Shown here piece after piece: positions 22,765 through 36,062 of a stretch of 64,000 bases of DNA (position 1 is its first letter; each line of letters starts with the position of its first letter). Position numbers and translations under genes: made by a program. The notes under the pieces were generated by a model. The model saw only the letters and a program-made list of their open reading frames with translations. It was not told the origin of the DNA and did no database searches. The DNA comes from Ginglymostoma cirratum (taxonomy: Eukaryota). The stretch spans positions 7,031,573 to 7,095,572 of the forward strand of contig JAHRHZ010000084.1 in assembly GCA_024137785.1 (NCBI GenBank). Reading direction: 5' to 3'.

Positions 22765-24344
22765 CTATTCTTGGGTATTAGCCTTTAAATTCTTTGACTA
22801 TGCAGGGAACGTAAGCGAAACCCAGTGGATGTAGGCAAGAATTTCAGTCTTGTATGAATTGCATGCCTGCTGTTAACCTTAACAAAACAGTGTGAATTGT
22901 AGTCTGCTTTAAAGTTAGTGGTAGTTGATGCAGATTTGACTCTTTTCCTTTTTGCGCACAGCCAATAACTATCGCCAAGGGAGGTAACCAGCCAAAAATA
23001 ACTGGCAGTCTTATTCCGCAAGGACAAATGATTGCCTTGTAGAAAGTTGTGTTTTCAAACACAGACAATATCAGATGTGACAAGGAACAGGGAAGCTACT
23101 CCTGATAAGAAGGCAAGCTGCATACTTGGTGGCTCCAGAGTAGTAGTCAATATTGAGGATGAAAGATTCTGAAGGATTATTGATATGTCACACCATAAAC
23201 TTGAAGAACAGAAAACACTACAAGAATACAACTCCAGGATTCTTCAGCAGCAAAACTCCAGGGAACACCACCACATACGACTGAACCCTGCATATATCCA
23301 GTGATAAATGGGGTTGGTTGGAATTTTAGCTAAGTTCCACCATTATTTGGGTATTAGCCAATTGGGTTGTAAAGCTGAATCTGCTAACTTGAGGGATCTT
23401 ATTTTGGTTGCGACATGCAATAAAATTGAATAAGTGTTTCAATATTAGATTGTCTGTAAAATTTCTTAACAAATAGCCAAATTAATTAGTTTGTGGTAAT
23501 TTACCCACAACATCATCAACCTGTTAAAAGTCTTTCACTCCACAGATCAAACTGACTTTTTTTTTGCTTTTTGTTTCAGATTTTCAGTGTGGTTTTTTTA
23601 ATGCAATATTACAATCAGTTGTCCTTCCATCAATTCTTTAGTGATGAAGGCCATTTCACCCATTTTCATTCAACTTTACAGAGATGCTAAATTACCCCTG
23701 ATTCAGCATTCAATTCTTTCATAAATGATTCTAAAGTTTCCATCTCCAATTCTCCATGACATATATTGTTTACTCTGCATAAAGGAAGTTTTCCTGACAT
23801 CAGTCCTAAATTTATGTTATATCTATTTTCTCTGCAATGTTTGGTGTTTTGATCGTGAAACAGTAAGAATGATAATTACATAGAATATACTGCTAGAAAG
23901 AATGGCCAACAGTCTGCTATACTCTCCCTTCCATCAAGTCATGAGTATTATTCAGCACATATTCAGTATGGAGCACGTTGATGAGGGCTTCTGATTCAAC
24001 ACAGGTTCACTATGTTAACTAAGAAATGGAATGTATACAAATGCATCTCACAAAAGTTTTCACACAGTAACAATTAATCAGTTGCACGCAATCCAAGATA
24101 AATATGCAGTTTAGAGCAAAAGAAAATGCAACCCATCAGAATGGGTCCACTGAAACATTAAATCGACATGGATCAGCAAAACCTCAACAAAAGTGGAATA
24201 AATTATTGTTTATTTTTTATCCTGGATTTCGATTTATCTTTTTTGCCAATTTAGTTTTGCCTCTCACATTGACAAGATGTTTCCTCACAACTCAACAAGA
24301 GGGTTAGTAATGGATTTTGGGAGAATGAAACCATCAGTTCCTAC

Positions 24345-24473
24345 CATCACATCCACAGTATAACAGTAAGTCAAGAGCAAACTCTGAATTTTCCACATTG
24401 GTATCATGGATGAGTGTGTAGTATCCATTTCTCCAATATCGTAATTCCCCTCGGCAAACAGGAACATTACGGT
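24345..24473 (-). CDS. OGFOD1: OGFOD1 exon 11
   Basis: [42 protein letters not shown], 129 nt. Confidence 0.95.
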
Positions 24474-24621
24474 CTGAAAAGGGCAAACACATCAAGTTCC
24501 TTCACAAGTTTCAATTCTTTGTTTTTAAGATAGTGAAAAACCATACAATAATTTGACTTAACAAGGTGTGGGGCTGGACGAACACAGCAGGCCAAGCAGC
24601 ATCATAGGAGCAAGAAAGCTT

Positions 24622-24649
24622 GACGTTTCGGGCCTAGACCCTTCATCAG
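24622..24649 (-). ncRNA. Minimal hammerhead ribozyme core in PLE pLTR
   Basis: Minus strand CTGATGA-A-GGG-TCTAGG-CCC-GAAAC-GTC. Confidence 0.55.
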
Positions 24650-25361
24650 AAATGGGGGAGGGGAAGAGGGTTCTGAAATAAATAAGGAGAAAGGGGGAGG
24701 CGGATAGAAGATGGATAGAGGAGAGGACAGGTGGAGAGGAGGCAGACAAGTCGAAGAGGTGGGGATGGAGCCAGTAAAGGTGAGTGTAGGTGGGGGGGTA
24801 GGGAAGAGATTAGGCGACACATCCGCCATCTGACCCCACCACCAAAGACATTTCTCCCTCCCCACCTTTATCTGCTTTCCGGAGGGACCACTCCCTCCGC
24901 GACTCCCTTGTCCGCTCCACACTCCCCTCCAGCCCCACCACACCTGGCACTTTTCCCTGCAACCGCAGGAAGTGCTACACCTGCCCCCACACCTCCTCCC
25001 TCACCCCAATCCCAGGCCCCAAGAAGACTTTCCACATCAGGCAGATGTTCACCTGCACATCTGCCAATGTGGTATACTGCATCTGCTGTTCCCGTTGTGA
25101 CCTCCTCTACATCGGGGAAACCAAGCGGAGGCTTGGGGACCGCTTTGCAGAACACCTGCGCTCAGTTCGCAACAAACAATTGTCCTCCCTGGACTGACCT
25201 ATCTCCTCCCTACCCCCCCACCTACACTCACCTTAACTGGCTCCATCCCCACCTCTTCGACTTGTCTGCCTCCTCTCCACCTATCCTCTCCTCTATCCAT
25301 CTTCTATCCGCCTCCCCCTTTCTCCCTATTTATTTCAGAACCCTCTTCCCCTCCCCCATTT

Positions 25362-25389
25362 CTGATGAAGGGTCTAGGCCCGAAACGTC
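25362..25389 (+). ncRNA. Minimal hammerhead ribozyme core in PLE pLTR
   Basis: CTGATGAAGGGTCTAGGCCCGAAACGTC. Confidence 0.55.
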
Positions 25390-26587
25390 AAGCTTTCCTG
25401 CTCCTATGATGCTGCTTGGCCTGCTGTGTTCATCCAGCCCCACATCTTGTTATCTCGGATTCTCCAGCATCTGCAGTACCTTTTATCTCTGATACAATAA
25501 TTTGACTTGTAACTTTTACTTATAATAAATTCCCATGTTTTGTTTCCCTATGCACCCCAACTCCTCCTTCCCCTGCCTGCCCTAAACACGATACCTAAAC
25601 TTGGCCAAAGAGCATGACTTTCTCACAGAAACAGACTCCTGAGATGTTGCTAGGCTATTAAAACTATGAGATATTCCCAGCTGCTCAACATCATGATTGA
25701 TTTCACCTTGGTAGGCTCTCACCAGCATCTGCATACCTCTGACACTAATATCTTTCCTAATCACCTCCCTTTTTGATGCCTTCTGTTTTCCTCCTCGGAA
25801 CATAGGAAGAGGAGCAGGCCATTCAGGCCACTGAGCCAGCCATTCACACTGTCTGCAAATTGAGATCAAACCAAGTGTATGTAATCTCAAAGTTTCACTA
25901 ATTCTTACTTCAATCAGAGACCAGCACCAAAGAAGTACCTGAATGTACCACGACCTCACCTAATCATAGATTGATATCTGAAACATTAGCATCAATATTA
26001 AACTTGCCCATGCAAAGGCTGTTTAAAAATTATTTCATAGTCTGCAAGCAACAGTGGCAAGGCCAATATTTCCTGTTCGTCTGTAATTACCTTTGAGAAT
26101 CAGGAGGTGAGCCACCCCTCCTGAACTGGTGCAATCCATCCAGTGTGACTACACCCACAATGCTATTAGAAAGAGTTCCAGGACAGGTGTCGGATACATA
26201 ACAGTCAGTGGTGAGTAACACAGGACACGAATGGAAAATTACTGTTGTGCCCAACTTTGTCTGCTTCCTGAAAGGCAGGTCTGCTTAATATTTTCCTCAA
26301 ATGTCCAGAATAGCCTCACCAGCTTTATAAACACCTGCATACAGGTCTAAGGACTGAACTTTACCATTCACTGTTACACCAGGACATGGCATTTAGGTCA
26401 CCGGAACACCTTATCAAATGTATATTAAACCATCCAGTGTCACATTCAGACTTCTACTTGTGCAAGCAGAAATTTAATACGATGATTTTATTGATCTCAT
26501 TTACAAATGGCTTCATATTTTAACTTTGATTCTCGAATATCAATCATTCACCCAGTAGACTTTAGAATGTTTTTCAGTGAAGCTTAC

Positions 26588-26895
26588 TTTTGGAACTCTC
26601 CCCCAGAACATCCATTTCCTTCGGCTTAGCCTTTTCTCCTTCTTTTTTCCCATCTTTATGTTCTGTTGAATCACATTTGTATCTTTTCTCAGTGCTGGAA
26701 CATGTGTGCTCATGGCTGTCATGCTCCTCCACATCACCCTCCTGCTCATCTGCATCATTATCGGAAGCTGCGAGGAAATGCAGTTTTAAGCCAGTAAAAT
26801 TGGACAGAAGCAGGAACATGGCCTCAGAACGAAACAGCTCCATACACTTGGCCAGAATGTCAGGGAGGTCATCTTCCTCTGCTTGATCATAGCAT
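26588..26895 (-). CDS. OGFOD1: OGFOD1 exon 10 (includes acidic disordered insert)
   Basis: [44 protein letters not shown]..., 308 nt, donor A|GTAAGC. Confidence 0.93.
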
Positions 26896-27249
26896 CTGCA
26901 AAACAAAGAGGTAATACCACAATACATGTCATGTACAGAACCAGATAGCAGTATTTCAATACGAAGTTCGTCATTTATTTTAGTAGTACAGTGGTATCTG
27001 TCATTATTCTGAGATCAGTAATATACCTCAATATTATTCAGGCTTCTCATAATATCTATGTATAAAAAGATCCGGTCACATAATTCAACATTAGAAGGAC
27101 ATGTCATGTACATCAGGGAAGAGATGCAAGCTGAGACTAAGCTTTCAGTTGAAATTCAATGAAAATGGCCATAAATTACTAGTCAGACCATGCGCATGTC
27201 AGACAATGGCAAACAAAGAGGCAGAATCAGGAGAGAGAGAGAGAGAGAA

Positions 27250-27555
27250 AGGGGAAGACTTTCTCCAGAGCCAAGTTCAAGATGATGGGCCACAGGTTTA
27301 GAGGGGGGATGTGAGGAAAAACATTTTTAACCAGAGGTTGATGATGATCGGGAACAGGCTGCCTGGGAAGAGTGCAGAGGCAAACTGGCTCACATCCTTT
27401 ACAATGCACCTGGATGAGCACTTGGCACTTCATAACATGCAAGGATATGGGCCAAGTGCTGGTAAATGGAATTAAGTTGAAGGTCAGGTGTTTCTCACTT
27501 GTCAATGCTGACTCAATAGCCAAAAGGCCTCTCCTGCAGTATGTGATTCCATGAG
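27250..27555 (+). mobile_element. CR1 3' end preceded by a (GA)n microsatellite (about 27230-27249)
   Basis: ccagagggttg..aaggatatgggccaagtgctgg tail. Confidence 0.65.
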
Positions 27556-28278
27556 CCCAAAGGGAGCCAGCCTAAGGCCAAAACTGGAAGCTTAATTTTC
27601 ACAGAGATCAATGTGATTCATCTCTGTTTATCAAATAAGCCAGAATACCACATTATCATAACAGACAAAATGGAGAGATAAAAGGTCTCTCAATCATGAT
27701 ATGAACCATGCAGTAACAGGACTTTTCTTTTAAAAGATACATGGAGAGATATATCTAATTTCCCTAGTACAACCGAGCTGTGTAAGCAAACGCTTGAGCC
27801 TTCTTCCCAGCAGATCTGTTAAAGATACAAAATAATTCAGAGCAAGGTAGTGCGTAACAATGACAACATCATAAAAATAGTGCTCAATTGTACATCTATA
27901 TAGAACTCCTCACTCATACTGTGGCGAGGAATAAAAGGATCAAAACCAAGCCCATCATACAATATCACAAACCTGCCAGCAAGGCCTGTGAATCCCATCT
28001 ACTTTACATGTATAAAAAAAGGTTTGATATTGAAATTACATAAACGTTTAATGCTTTAGTACTTACATAGTCATGCAAACAATAATGTTTTTTTCTCTCC
28101 TGTTACAGGTTTGGTTCTCCAGGATTTGTTTGTAAAGTGAAAGGTTGCAAAAATTTACTGTTGCATCTGCTCCACTGATGCTTTTCCTTGACATGAACTG
28201 CTGGTTAAGTGGGCCTTCAATCACTTTACAGCTCCAAGTTTATTAGTGCTAACGCTCTCAGACTTTTGATTCACTCAC

Positions 28279-28358
28279 CTCTTGTTGGCAGGTCCTCTTC
28301 TCTTCCACTTAATCTCTGAGCTTTGCAAAGCCTCACAAACCATCTGAAACTTTTCTTT
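28279..28358 (-). CDS. OGFOD1: OGFOD1 exon 9
   Basis: KEKFQMVCEALQSSEIKWKRRGPANKR, 80 nt. Confidence 0.94.
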
Positions 28359-29930
28359 CTGCATAAGCGGAGGAAAATGCAGCTGTTACAGGGTGCCAAC
28401 ATGGTCATGGCAGTCCAAATGTATGGTGCATTACTGTAGAAAATAAACCATTTACTCCAACGAATAGCACAGCAAGGAGGTCATGTGGTACTATGTTTAG
28501 AGTCACTGCCTCTAAGACAGAAGTTCCAGGTTCAAGATTCACTCTAGGACTCGATGGCCGCTGAAGCTAAGTTCATAATGGAGACAACAAGTTGAACATC
28601 AGCTTGTTAATTCTTGTAATACACACTAATTGCAAGCAGTAGAACAATAATGACATTTCTGGTCAGGCATGTGATACAAAGAAATTTGAACCTCGACAAC
28701 CATTATCCATTGGTCCTGGATTCAATATGCATGTAAAGATATATTTTGTCACAGCAACTCACACTCTTTGAGGGCCAGGTGGGTCAGGTGGCTAGCCACT
28801 CAGTGTGGATTCCACTGGTGCCAATAGCGTGGGGTTCCATCCCTACTCCAGCTAAAATGGATTCGGAAACTGCCTCCTTACCCTCCCATAATGGAGGCTG
28901 TGGCACCACCGGGATAGGGCCAGCTTTTCGACACAAAGCTGAAACAATAACAGTGCGTGGTTCATAACTATGGTATCAACTGAATATAGCTCATCAGCAG
29001 GAGATATTTTGGGTCATTCTGTGATCATGAGAGGTTCTGTGTAAATGTAAATTTTTCTAAATAAACTGATATACAGAAGCAGAAAGACAGGCAAGATCAC
29101 AGCCAGCACATTTAATAATTTGCAACTCTGACTCTATGATGGCAATTTAAAGAATGACAACTGTTTGTTAAGCTTCTTATCAAATTGACACTGCAACAGT
29201 CCCTTTGTCAGGTCTTATTCCTACAACTGATCTGAACACATTACTTTTCACATTTTTCATACTATTAAATAATCAGTTCTATGGTGCAAGAACAAGTATT
29301 GCAACAATAGAATACATTTCACATGTGCGTTTCTTCAATTTCTCTGAAGATGTACCAAATTAATCTGGCTGAGGCAAAAATTGCTTTAAATACCTTAGCT
29401 ACGCTGTGCAATTCAGTAAAGTTGAAAAAAGTTTGCTTATTCTGAAATCATACCATGCAGCTTCAAATCATAAAACCAATAAACCCAATAGTACTTCAGT
29501 GGGTGTCCATGCTTGACTTGAACAAAAGAATCCTGCTGCATTCAGTTCAACAACCCTGGGATAAGACTCTTCTCCCTTCAGTATTATGTTGACTAGAACC
29601 TACTTGACGGGACAGTTAGTTTTCAAATGCCAGACGAGTCTTCAGTATCTTAACTCTTCTCCAATTTCAGGGCCAATGTTTGATCAAAAACAGCCTCACC
29701 TTCCTCACTGGAGTTGATTCTTTTAAATTAATCTATGACATCTATACATGACAAATATTATTAAAAAAATGAAAACAACTGGACACCTCTCACCAACGCC
29801 TGAACAAAGAAATGAATTCACCTCAATGCAAACATCGCTAAAACATGCCCATTTTCCTATCCAGGCTGCAAGAATATTTTTTAAAGAGTTCTTGCTTTAC
29901 AAAAAAATCAATCCTGGACTGAATTTTCAC

Positions 29931-30044
29931 CTTGAAAAAATTCTTTAGAAGTATCTCTGATTCTTCCTCAAACTCCTCCTGGATATGGGCTTGAGTTGAA
30001 ACATTGAGGTAAATTGGATTGATCCAGTCATAAAGACTTTTTTC
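29931..30044 (-). CDS. OGFOD1: OGFOD1 exon 8
   Basis: [38 protein letters not shown], 114 nt. Confidence 0.95.
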
Positions 30045-30328
30045 CTGAAAAATAATACAAGGAAGCAAACACATTTATCTTATTGGTGTCAGTGCAATAA
30101 TGAGATCAGCCCCATGCGTCAGCTTCCCACACGGTTCCATGATGGCATCAGTTCTGTGATAATGGTAAGTATTTACCCCAAGCACTGGAAATCTTCACCT
30201 TTTTATCAGGTGCTCTGGATTTAAGACATTTCTTAAAAACTAATACTTTGACTATTAGTTATGTGTCATAACACTGTATTGTAGTGCTCCTGAGAAGCAT
30301 TTTGGCCTTTTTATAATGTTAAACATAG

Positions 30329-30620
30329 GGAACAGCACAGTGGCTCAGCAGTTAGCACTGCTGCCTCACAGTGCAAGAGACCTGGGTTCGATTCCACCCT
30401 TGGGCGACTGTGTTCTATGTCTGCTTGGAGTTTTCTCATTCTCCCCATATCTGCATGGGTTTCCTCCAGGTGTTCCAGAGATGTGCAGGTTAGGTGGATT
30501 GCCCATGGGAAATGCAGGGTTTGAGAGAGGCGGGCCTGGTTAGGATGCTCTTCAGAGGGGTCAGTGTGGACTCAATGGGCTGAATAGCCTACTTGCACTT
30601 GCACACTGTAGGGATTCTAT
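30329..30620 (+). mobile_element. HE1-like V-SINE
   Basis: gtggctcagcagttagcactgctgcctcacag, ggttcgattcc B box, tail gtagggattctat. Confidence 0.85.
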
Positions 30621-31528
30621 CATTTTAACATGCTATACCAGTATAAAATGTTGCTGTTGGTGTTCTATCTGCAACATAACTCAGCCTACTTGTGAGATGT
30701 TCCAGAGCTTTTCACAAATTAATAAGACACTCATATGAGACCACAGTGGAAGTTTTTAATTAATGAATAATTAGATCATTTCTTGTTGTTAATAAAATGT
30801 TTCGAAGGTTTCTTGTAATTGAAGTCAGGCATTGCACTAGGTTGTAACCAGTTGCTGGTTCCAACTCATGATGGCTGAGGCCCAAGTGAGATAATGTTGA
30901 GAATGCAGCAATTATGAGGACTCAAATAAGCAATGATCGCTAGCATACAGATCCCACATTGTTGGTTAGCAAAGAGGGCTAAAATAAATTACTAAAGTAC
31001 AGTATTTGCTGGAAAATGATTGTAACACCTCAGTGGAAACTGTGAGAATGTTATATTGTTGGGCGGGCAAGATCTGTTGGAATGGTAGTGGCAGACGTAC
31101 AAGAGCAGTTGGGGAGAACACCTGTAAGAGGTAAGGAGTTATGAGGTATCTGTAAGAGCGAGGGTGCGGACAGTAGGAGCAGCAAGCATGGATTTGAGGG
31201 GGTTACAAAGAGAATTTCCACCATTAAAAGGTAAAAAGGTATACCTCCCATTTTTACTACTGCAGGAGCCAGGCTTAAGCTTGAGTAATTGAGAACATGA
31301 AAACAGTTTGATAAAATGCATGGATTTGCAGTTTCCTCACAGCTATTCACTACATCAGACCATTATGGGGTCACAGGTCGCTCTTTGGAAAGCACTGAGG
31401 TGGAGGTTCCTCAAAGAATCTTCAAATTCTAAATTAAAATGCAAGATCCAACAAGCTGAGCTGAGGCAATTCTGGGCATTCCTACTGGCTCAGGATTAGA
31501 TTGCTTCTCAAGCTCAAAAATTGGAATA

Positions 31529-31747
31529 CAGTCGGTTCTGATATAACGCGATAGTTCCATTCTTGTGCGACCTCGTGGGATAAGAAAATCATGCAACAGC
31601 CATGCCGTTTAAAATAATGGGGCCGCAATCACGTTATAGCCAATACAGGTAAGGAAAGTTCGCATTCTACAAATAGAGGTTTAAATTCTTCAATCGCATT
31701 AAAGCTAATTCATGTTGAGGAAACACACATTATATCGGAACCAACCG
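31529..31747. mobile_element. pogo/Tigger-type (Tc1/mariner) MITE
   Basis: TIRs cagtcggttctgatataacgcg and cacattatatcggaaccaaccg, flanked by TA at 31527-28 and 31748-49. Confidence 0.8.
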
Positions 31748-31819
31748 TATGCATTATAATTTACCAGGAGATCACTGGGTTTATTGGATTACATTTTGAG
31801 GACAGTTGCATAAAGATGA

Positions 31820-32735
31820 GATAACAAGGTGTGTCCCTTGTCCGCTCCACATTCCCCTCCAGCCCTACCACACCCGGCACTTTTCCCTGCAACCACAGGA
31901 AGTGCTACACCTGCCCCCACACCTCCTCCCTCACCCCAATCCCAGGCCCCAAGAAGACTTTCCACATCAGGCAGATGTTCATCTGCACATCTGCCAATGT
32001 GGTATACTGCATCCACTGTACCCGTTGTGGCCTCCTCTACATCGGGGAAACCAAGCGGAGGCTTGGGAACTGCTTTGCAGAACACCTGCGCTCAGTTCGC
32101 AACAAACAACTGCACCTCCCAGTCGTGAACCATTTCAACTCCCCCTCCCATTCCTCAGACGACATGTCCATCCTGGGCCTCCTGCAATGCCACAATGATG
32201 CCATCTGAAGGCTGCAGGAACAGCAAATCATATTCAGCCTGGGAACCCTGCAGCCTAATGGTATCAATGTGGATTTCACAAGCTTCAAAATCTCCCCTCC
32301 CTCAACCGCATCCCAAAACCAGCCCAGCTCGTCCCCGCCTCCCTAACCTGTTCTACCTCTCACCTATCCCCTCCTCCCACCTCAAGCCGCACCCCCATCT
32401 CCTATCTACTGACCTCATCCTGCCCCCTTGACCTGTCCGTCCTCCCTGGACTGACCTATCTCCTCCCTACCTCCCCACCTACACTCACCTTTACTGGCTC
32501 CATCCCCGCCTCTTTGACTTGTCTGCCTCCTCTCCACTACCCATCTTCTATCCGCCTCCCCCTCTCTCCCTATTTATTTCAGAATCTTCTTCCCTTCCCC
32601 CATTTCTGATGAAGGGTCCACGCCCGAAACGTCAAGCTTTCCTGCTCCTATGATGCTGCTTGGCCTGCTGTGTTCATCCAGCTCCACACCTTGTTATCTT
32701 GGATTCTCCAGCGTCTGCAGTACCTATTATCTCTG
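31820..32735 (+). mobile_element. 5'-truncated Penelope-like element (GIY-YIG plus pLTR) with short inverted 5' piece
   Basis: ORF 31831-32208 CNHRKCYTC..NVVYCIHCTRCGLLYIGETKRRL..FAEH, TSD tgcataaagatga at 31807-31819 and 32734-32746. Confidence 0.9.
32606..32633 (+). ncRNA. Minimal hammerhead ribozyme core in PLE pLTR
   Basis: CTGATGAAGGGTCCACGCCCGAAACGTC. Confidence 0.55.
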
Positions 32736-33184
32736 CATAAAGATGACTTGGATTCCCTGGAGCAAAGAAGACTGTAGGGTGATCTGATTGAGATGCTTGA
32801 AAAGGTGAAATGGATTTGTAAAAAAAACTATTTCCTCTTGTGAAGGAAATCAAGAATAGAGTCATAATCTTAAAAATAAAGCCAGTCTGTTTAGGAGGAA
32901 GATCAGGAAACAGTTTTTCATACAAAGGATAGCAGAATTATGCAAGTGTCTCCAGCAAAGGATGTGGATGATGGCGAAATGGGAATTTTAGACACAATGA
33001 TACATGGATTTTGCATCTCATCTCATCTGCCTTATATGGAATTGAAACCCCCCTCATCTTGGATTTGAAATAATAATATATTTCACAGCAGCATTCAGCT
33101 CCCATTCCCCAAAAGCAAGTTATTTTAATCAGACCGAAATTTAAGTATGCTGGTTGTGACCAGGATAGTCAAATCTGCACTTAC

Positions 33185-33313
33185 ATCACTTGCAACATGT
33201 GGATATCGATTAGAAAGAGGTTCGATGTAACGAGCTGGCCTCTCCAATGATGGCCCATGGAACCAGCCACTAACAGAGAGGCGACACTTCTGCTCCGACA
33301 GAACTTCAGACAC
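33185..33313 (-). CDS. OGFOD1: OGFOD1 exon 7 (2-oxoglutarate-binding RxS)
   Basis: VSEVLSEQKCRLSVSGWFHGPSLERPARYIEPLSNRYPHVASD, 129 nt. Confidence 0.95.
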
Positions 33314-33599
33314 CTGATTAGGTAATATTTGTTGCACAGCATCAAATTGTAAAACTTGGCCAAATATTCTAAGCACTGCACTAAGAAAACAATGTTTGCT
33401 GCCTAATTAATTCTCATGACAACAATAAATGTTTTTGCAAATCGCAAACCCTCCCACATAAGAAATAAAACAGTGGCAATATCTAAAATACCTTGCTATT
33501 AGACACAGTAACCAAACCAGTGCAAAAGCTACAAATCACACTTATAGTGTCAAGTGGCAGTATATATTGCTATTCAAACCCAACAAGGTCATAGTCACA

Positions 33600-35270
33600 G
33601 AAAATCTAAAGATGCTTTATTGGCACATTTAGAGAAGAGGATGGCAAAGGAAAGAGTTGGGCTCATCAGAAATGCATACTTTTGTATGGATGCAGAAGAT
33701 GCGGGCATCATTCTTCGTGAGTATTTTGTCCCTGTCTTCATAAAGGAGAGGAAGGATGCAGAAATTCCAGCTAAGTAGACAAATTACCAGGATTAAAAGG
33801 AACTTAGGCTGTTAAAGGAAACAGGAAGGAAGTACCAGATGCTTGGAAGATCATTTACTAAACTTCACTAGGTACAGCTAAGATATCAGAGGATTGGAGG
33901 TCTGTGAACATTGCTCTATTATTATTCAGTGAGAACAAATAATTATTGATCAGGTAATCTGACTTTAGGGACAGGCAAATTACTACAATGCACACTGTGA
34001 GATAGCACTAGCTGTTACTTGGAAAGGCACATATTAATCAGTAATAGTCAACATGACTTTGTTAAGAGAAAATTGCTTCTTACTAATTTAATTGAATTTT
34101 TTGAAGACATAACAAGGAGGTTGGATGAGGATAGTGCAGCGAGTGATTGTGAGCATGGTATTTGACAGTCCTAAATAGCACACAGGTCAGGAAAATTCAA
34201 TTCCATCAGAAACAGAGGAATGTGGTGAATTGGATCCAAAATTAACTCAGTGGTAGAAAACAATGATTAACAGACGCATTGGGAATGTAAAACAATTTCC
34301 AGTTGTGTTCCATAGGGTTCAGTGTCGCTGTTTGTGACATATGTTAATGACAGATTCAAAGAAGGGAGACATGATGGGAAAATGCAGACAACATAATAGT
34401 TGCCAGGTAGTGAAGAAGATGATTGTCAACTAAACAGTGGTATCAACAGTCTGGTCAAGTGGCGGGAAATGTGGCAAACAGAATTCAATTCACAGGACTA
34501 TGACTGCATGCATTTGGTGAAGGCAAACATAGCAAGTAAATGAATGGGAAGGTGTTGAGAGGGGAAAAGGAAGTGTAAGATCTTGGAATGCATGTCAACC
34601 GAGCCCCAAAAGTGGCAGGGCAGGTAGATAAAGTGGTAAAGAAAGCATAAGGAAGGCTTTCCTTTATTGCACAAGGTACTGAATACAAAAGCAGGGATGC
34701 AATGCTGGAACTATTTAAGATGCTGGTCAGGCCACATCTGGAGATTTGTGGACAGCTCTTACAGGAATAACATAATTGCTCTGTTGAGAGCACAGAGGAA
34801 ATTTACAAAAATGCTGTCAGGGTTTGCATTTACGAGAAAAGTTTGGATTGGCAAGCACTATTTCCTTTAAAACAGAGAAAGCTGAAGGCTGACTTAAATG
34901 GGGTGTGTAAAATATTGAGGGGTTTTGTTAACATGGACAAGAAAGGCCCGACTCCCTGAGCAGAGAGGGAAATTACCAGCTAACACAGACCTAAAGTGAT
35001 TGTTAGAAGGATGAAAGTGCGCATTAGGAAATAAGTGATAACTTGATTATAAGTGTCTGGAATTTGCTGCCCAGTTCCAGTAGCTGAAGGGGAAAACCTC
35101 AGATCATTTACAAGGAACTTCAATCTGCACAAGAAGCACTGTAACCTGCAAGACTATGGACCATGTGCTGGAAAGAGGGATTAGATTGGATGACCAGTTT
35201 ATTTTGCTGATATGTAAACTATGGGCTGAATAGATCTTTTGGTGCTGCAATGTTTATCTAGTTCTATCCG
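33600..35270 (+). mobile_element. Degenerate CR1 LINE ORF2
   Basis: EDWRS.N, QHDFVK..CLTNLIEFFE, KVVKKA remnants and tail. Confidence 0.8.
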
Positions 35271-35417
35271 TAAGGGCATAGATCCAACAAAATTTTAAAC
35301 CTCCATTTACAGAGTGAAAGAGTTCCACTGAGCTGGATTCTGGATATCCAGCCCTGATTACAAAATGGTGGTCAAGTAGAAGTGGGACAAAAAGGAGCCA
35401 ACAGTGAGAAGGGAAAA

Positions 35418-35501
35418 GATCAGAAGTCACACAACACCAGGTTATAGTCCAACAGGTTTATTTGAAATCACAAGCTTTTGAAGTGCTCCTTCATCAGGTG
35501 A
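35418..35501 (-). mobile_element. Short Penelope-derived element of a second family
   Basis: Minus strand CTGATGAAGGAGCACTTCAAAAGCT core, 14-bp direct repeat agtgagaagggaaa at 35403-35416 and 35502-35515. Confidence 0.65.
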
Positions 35502-35970
35502 AGTGAGAAGGGAAAGAATGCTTTCTACTCCAGGGCATGTATCCCCAGATGAGAACTGCAACATGTCTGAATGAGTAAAAACATCCAAGAGGACAATTAA
35601 TCACTGACACACTTAACTAGTGCAACATCTGGTATAACTTTATTCTGGCTGTCTGTGGACCCAGAATGTATGTAGTCAGTCCTACACAATTACTGCATGC
35701 AAACAATGTGCTTCTGCCTATGAACCAACTGCCTCATTAACTCTCTGGCATTCCTTTATCCCCATTCTTCTCACATAAAGGGATTCAGATTGGGAAACCC
35801 ACTTTCATAACATTATTGGCACTCAAGAAGTATTCCAAAACGATAACAACTTGCAGAAACATCCTTCAATGTAACTGTAAACAAGAAATGAATAGTCTCC
35901 ATATTATGACGCACAATATGACCACAAATTGTCATCACGCAGATTATCATAAATATTGTTAGATCCATAC

Positions 35971-36062
35971 CTGATGGTGAGACATAGGGGAAACTTCAAA
36001 GAAAACTAATGTGTTCCATGAAGGAGTTAGAGATTTGACAATCTGCTGAGGCTGATAATGAT
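35971..36062 (-). CDS. OGFOD1: OGFOD1 exon 6 (distal His of the facial triad)
   Basis: [30 protein letters not shown], 92 nt. Confidence 0.95.

Larger units (their letters stand above)
24560..25491 (+). mobile_element. Young Penelope-like element with 5' inverted pLTR and internal deletion (OGFOD1 intron 10)
   Basis: About 240-bp inverted arms (24560-24800 vs about 25208-25452), GIY-YIG remnant VVYCICCSRCDLLYIGETKRRL, 17-bp TSD atacaataatttgactt at 24543-24559 and 25492-25508. Confidence 0.9.

Noticed and set aside
24731-25492. 253-aa Pro/Ser-rich ORF
   Set aside because: Alternative frame of the Penelope element and its inverted pLTR.
30329-30400. tRNA-like A/B box sequences here and at 670, 16920-16990, 28480-28560 and 53870
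   Set aside because: SINE heads, not functional tRNA genes. They continue into SINE bodies or lack a full cloverleaf.
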